Assembly: GCA_024704765.1 (NCBI GenBank)
Contig: JAKMXF010000321.1
Coordinates: 496,001 to 560,000, forward strand
DNA length: 64,000 nt
Source: Oopsacas minuta
Taxonomy: Eukaryota; Animalia; Porifera
Reading direction: 5' to 3'
The notes below the pieces were generated by a model that saw nothing but the letters and a program-made list of their open reading frames with translations, was not told the origin of the DNA and made no database searches. Position numbers and translations under genes: made by a program. Position 1 is the first letter of the stretch. Every line of letters starts with the position of its first letter. Positions 60,201-64,000 of this stretch are shown piece by piece.

Positions 60201-62338
60201 AGTCTATAACAATACACTTTGTTGCATGTTGTATATGTATGGTGTGCTTAACAGATAATTACAGTCAACTCTTGTTATATCCAAGCTCAACTGCTCAATG
60301 GACCGTGACAATTACTATACTTTCCTTCGATATAGCCAATGAAATTTATGCTACTTTGACGGTTTGGGACCATATTTGTATAAGTTCACACTTCGATATA
60401 TCTGTGTTCTTAATAACGGAATTTGACTGTCCAGTGTACAAGTATGTAAACAATATTGATAACGAACTTATTTAGTATTTGAGTCAGAAATGGAAGAAGG
60501 CAGATCCTCCTAAAGCTTTACCTCCTCTTCCCCCTGGCTTAGCTAATGTCCTAGAGAGTAGAGAGATATCTAGTGAGGATTATGACACGTTATTACAACT
60601 TGACAGGTAACATAACTACACGCAGATTAACTTATATTTTATCATTTATAACTAATTAGCCAACCGGATCCCTCTAAAGGAGTAGCTGAATACGTTCTAT
60701 CCAAATTCTATTCACACCCTATTAAGCCGAATAGCAGCTTGTTATTACAGAGAGAGCATTGTGAGATCTGTAAGAGAGCTTATGCCATGGGAGAATGGAT
60801 TAGAAAACTACCAAATTGTTCTCATCAGGTTTGTAATACATGTACTTGTATATAATTAGGAAGATTGTTCTATATTGTCAACTCCCGTTAAGTCAATTCG
60901 GATATAATGAATTACCCGCTTATTTCGAAGTAATTATCGCGTTTCCTTGAGCTTCTATATAACGGGAGATAACTGTACTTCTAATTATGTAAATCAGGGA
61001 TTCAGGGTACTGTCAAAATATAATAATTCTTATATCAGTTCCACAGAGACTGTATAGATTACAAACTCAGATATTTTCAAACTACATGTCCTATTGATGG
61101 GAACGATGTATATCCTAAGAGAAAAATAGAGATAAGAATGAAATCTCACTCAGCTAATATACCTACTAAGGTTGTTCATTATACTTAAATACATTAAGTA
61201 TAATTGTTGAGATTATAACGTGGTACTTATATTTTAGATAGGATCAGCTAAATCACTCAAACAAGGTTGTATAATAACAGGACCTCTGCTAAGTAGTCTC
61301 CCTAACATTAACGGAGGAGAGAATGGGATGGATATGTTAGTAGCTGGAGCACAGATAATGCATACTAGTCAACAGAAGTTAGTTTGTACAATCGATTAAT
61401 GATTCAGTTAAATATCGTTTTAACGAAGTGCTCAGACTCCGGTCAATTCGTTATGTCTGACTTGGTTTTTAAGCAAGTTAAGATTACTGCCCTTCTATGG
61501 AGATTGTATCCTGTATTCCTCAGGTCAGAAACTATTACAAATGCTCAAACATTGCTACCTATCTCCCTTAACAACGGAATAGGACATATGGAATCTAATC
61601 CTGTAATAGCACCCCAATCACTTCTATACTGTAAACCTCTATTCTCTCAGCACCAAGCCTCACCTCTTAACCTACCTTCTCTCACAAGAACTAAGCTACG
61701 CCCCATTAGGATTAGACCAGAACCTACTGCTGGTACTGGCGGTAGAAGCAGGAAATTAGCTGATAGAGGATCTAGTGCTAATAGGTTTCAAGATATCTTT
61801 GTTGGGTCACATGTAGAAGAACCTGTTATACTTAATCATCCAGCTACTGCTAAGGTTTGTCATTACTCTTATTAGTGCAGCTCCTAGAGGGAGATGTCCT
61901 ATTGACGTTGGCAATGTACGAATTATATTGGTTGTTGAAGTATGTGAGATGTGAATATAATAAATTATCATATGATTGATCATATTTACACACCTTTTAT
62001 CCAAAAATTCAAAATGATGCTAAAGATTTGTTTCAACGGTTACTCTTGGGTAATCATGTGCGTAGAATTCGTTTCTGACATTTGCAAATATCAAACATAG
62101 ATACTTATCATACATTTCATCATATTTTGTTAGATGCTCGTAGGACCTTGAGTTACACTACCAGTCAATCAGTTGGACTTTTTTTGCCTAATGCACCATT
62201 CATAGAATTGTATTCGTTTAGCCTACACCAAGATTGAGACATAACTCACTGATGTCTAGACAGAGAAACAAACCTCAGTTTGCTCAGCTAGAGGTAACCA
62301 GTGCTGCTTGTAGATTCCGTAAGGATAACATTGACTGA
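57260..62338 (+). CDS. ZSWIM2: ZSWIM2/MEX-like E3 ligase (SWIM, RING, ZZ, RING); at least 11 exons starting 57260-57409, 57616-57692, 58899-58939, 59183-59387, 59561-59681, 59766-59890, 60088-60175, 60476-60605, 60660-60828; 3' end uncertain
   Basis: LYILHQTGPTGF, VFLGDPHTCSC..ELCIHILWLLVKKFK (SWIM), DVCPICQE..LTFCR..CGKSLHVRCMKMW..KCPLCR (RING), CRECAEYFLCSKC (ZZ), REISSEDYDTLLQLD, FHRDCID..CPIDG (RING2). Confidence 0.88.
57424..57574. mobile_element. MITE family A copy in ZSWIM2 intron 1
   Basis: TACAGTCAACTC...GTCCCTTGAGCTTCGATATAACAGGCTGACTG. Confidence 0.8.
57843..58787 (+). CDS. ICMT: Isoprenylcysteine carboxyl methyltransferase, intronless, nested in ZSWIM2 intron 2; start may be ATG 57963
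   Basis: FFHYSEY, DSFLLTHSWEY, GEFIRKLAMYTAG.SFTH, LITSGIYGWCRHPSYVGW, QVLLGNP, ERI..EE..LI.FFG..Y.EY..RVPTGLPFIKG. Confidence 0.95.
   Translation: MHSKFYLHIWFFIYQLLLDHHYYSRPYNRSENKFLGHKYEMILEANLAISSFILANIICPLFELQTWCILVIIFAICSAISMHLLTKDYIKIVFISLSLGLIFSKSLSYTFLSYFSEKYIAMQFSLYISVMAFFHYSEYISIALFNPKNLTIDSFLLTHSWEYGLALLLAIIEMGLESYFIPYLKGNMYIICVGLLMTSLGEFIRKLAMYTAGLSFTHMISTWREKEHALITSGIYGWCRHPSYVGWSIWSIGTQVLLGNPICFVAYISAIYMFYKERIMCEEYHLIRFFGKRYIEYQQRVPTGLPFIKGLILE
59398..59512. mobile_element. MITE family A copy in ZSWIM2 intron 4
   Basis: CAGTCAATTCCCGTTAAATCGAAG...TTTGGGTCCATATTTGTAC...GGAGTTAACTGTA. Confidence 0.8.
60260..60429. mobile_element. MITE family A copy in a ZSWIM2 intron
   Basis: TACAGTCAACTC...TACTTTGACGGTTTGGGACCATATTTG...TTTGACTG. 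Confidence 0.85.
60875..60977. mobile_element. MITE family A copy in a ZSWIM2 intron
   Basis: GTCAACTCCCGTT...CGAAGTAATTATCGCG..CCTTGAGCTTC.ATATAACGGGAG..AACTGTA. Confidence 0.75.
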
Positions 62339-62764
62339 TTCATATCGTATTGTTTGTATATCTTGTTTATGTTATTGATGCACTTGTCATTATATGTAGG
62401 TACTGCATGCTACTGTTTCACCGATTTCTGATAAACATACGTATTGTTGTTATATACTGTTAAGTAAGTTGTAGACTAATCTAGTTCTAAGCGCTTTGTC
62501 TCGATTTGATTAATAATTATTCTATTCCGGCCTAAGTGTTAAGATCGTGATGAATCGTAACAAACATTTTTGTTGACATTTAGACTCTATTTTTGATTTT
62601 CAAAAATTCAAAATTTTGCCTGTCGTAAGGAGCGAAGCATAGTTACCTATTGATCATAATTTCTGGTACTAAGTCACCAACTGCTAGTCAGGTTCCATGT
62701 AATCCTGTATAAATAGGCCTGAGCAGTACTACAAGTTAACATATTTAAAAATTCCTAAAATAGC

Positions 62765-64000
62765 ATGAGTGGGTGTAAGATAGATGTCAGATCGAGATTA
62801 AACCAAACTCGCAAAGAAGAGAGAGAATATTCTAAACTAATCTGTTCATTCATGCGTAGTCTAGACGAGCACCAGAGGAAACAAGATGATATCGATAAGC
62901 GAGAGAGAGCTCTCTCAGAAGCAGAATCTGTCAGGACACAATTACAAACAGATCTTATAGCAGGAGCTGACGGAATGGGTCGTGCTCACGAATCAGCTGA
63001 TTCTATTCAAGAGCTAGAGAGTAATGCGAATGATTCTTATCTTGTTAGGAAGATAGAAAGTGATTCCAAAGCAAGAGAGAGATATAAACAAGCTATATCT
63101 AAGCTAAATAAACAGAAAATGGATGATATCAATTTGAAAAATACTAAACGCACTCAACTCCCCACTCCCAAGTTTTCGCAAGAAAGCACATTCAATGCAA
63201 TCGCGAAAGCTATCGAAACTAAGAAACATCAAAAACGCGAATTTGATCCTTGTCTAAAATCTAAACCTATTACAGGTTCAACTGTGAAGAAATATTCTTT
63301 GTCTTATATTAATGTGTATTCTGCTCCTAACAAGCATAAAGTTGAGAAGAGTGATAAGAAGAATGGTGAGGGAAAAATACGCAATTTGTTTATTTGTTTG
63401 TTTACTTTTGTGGTTTGGCTAAAATTATTTCTTGAAAAGAATACAGCAGTGTTTGCTTATTTGCAATTTGTCTCATAGCAAAATCCGTATATTAGCAAGG
63501 GAAATTCATGCAAGATATGATTTGCTAATAGACGAACTCCACTCTAGTATACTAGAGAGTTTAAAATAAGCATATAGATGTTCTTTTACTTCCCACAGTT
63601 TTTCTTGTTCAAAAAATACAAGTAATGAACTCTTGTTAACAATCAAATTGAATATAACTTTATGTAACAAATTTTCAATTATATAGAAACAAAAGCAGCT
63701 GACTTGGCTGTAGTTAAGAATGCTGAAACAAAGCGAAAAGAAGCAGAACATGCAATGAGGAGAGAGGAACAGTTAGAAAGAGCTCGCTTAAGAGGGAAAC
63801 ATGCAGACCATATCAATAGAATGGAGAAAGATAGACAAGAAATACTGAGAGAATTATCTTTCTATCAAAAGAAGGAGATGCAACAAAAACGCACAAAATT
63901 AGAAGCAAACATCCCACTAGATCCTCCTTACCCAGAAAAGAAAGCAATAGAACGTAGAAAACAGAGAGAACTTGAATCTCAATTTGAAAAGCTATTTATA
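62765..64000 (+). CDS. CEP295: CEP295-like centriolar coiled-coil protein, 5' part; exons 62765-63365 and 63687->64000
   Basis: RLNQTRKEER, MGRAHESA and KARERYKQAI resemble the CEP295 N-terminus; exon 2 reads ARLRGKHA...QEILREL...QRELESQFEKLF; phase-1 GT-AG junction. Confidence 0.6.

Overview
AT-rich, gene-dense eukaryotic (animal) DNA. The compact gene spacing, short GT-AG introns and gene repertoire suggest a sponge, possibly a glass sponge (inference only). I reconstruct about 25 protein-coding genes, 24 of them on the + strand: poly(A) polymerase (3' part), BRX1, CDC50/TMEM30, AMPK alpha, MCAT, WIP, ARPC2, an NSDHL-like SDR, a 4-TM PPxY protein, two paralogous uncharacterised proteins, an LRR/EGF/TSP3 adhesion GPCR, a FEM1-like ankyrin protein, GTF2F2, DUS2, ferroportin, two tandem VWA genes, Tctex1, TTC29, RASGEF1, ZSWIM2, ICMT and a CEP295-like gene (5' part). 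One orphan multi-TM gene lies on the - strand. There is an 875-N gap at 19343-20217 and many TA-flanked MITEs, mostly inside introns. The main finding is the architecture. Complete intronless genes sit inside introns of spliced host genes on the SAME strand: four in ARPC2, DUS2 in GTF2F2 and ICMT in ZSWIM2. Gene polarity is almost uniform, spacers are often 170-800 bp, and many ATGs are directly preceded by an acceptor-like AG. Together this points to polycistronic transcription resolved by spliced-leader trans-splicing, with nested genes released from host introns. Exon models were built by hand from GT-AG sites and remembered protein homology; no database searches were run.
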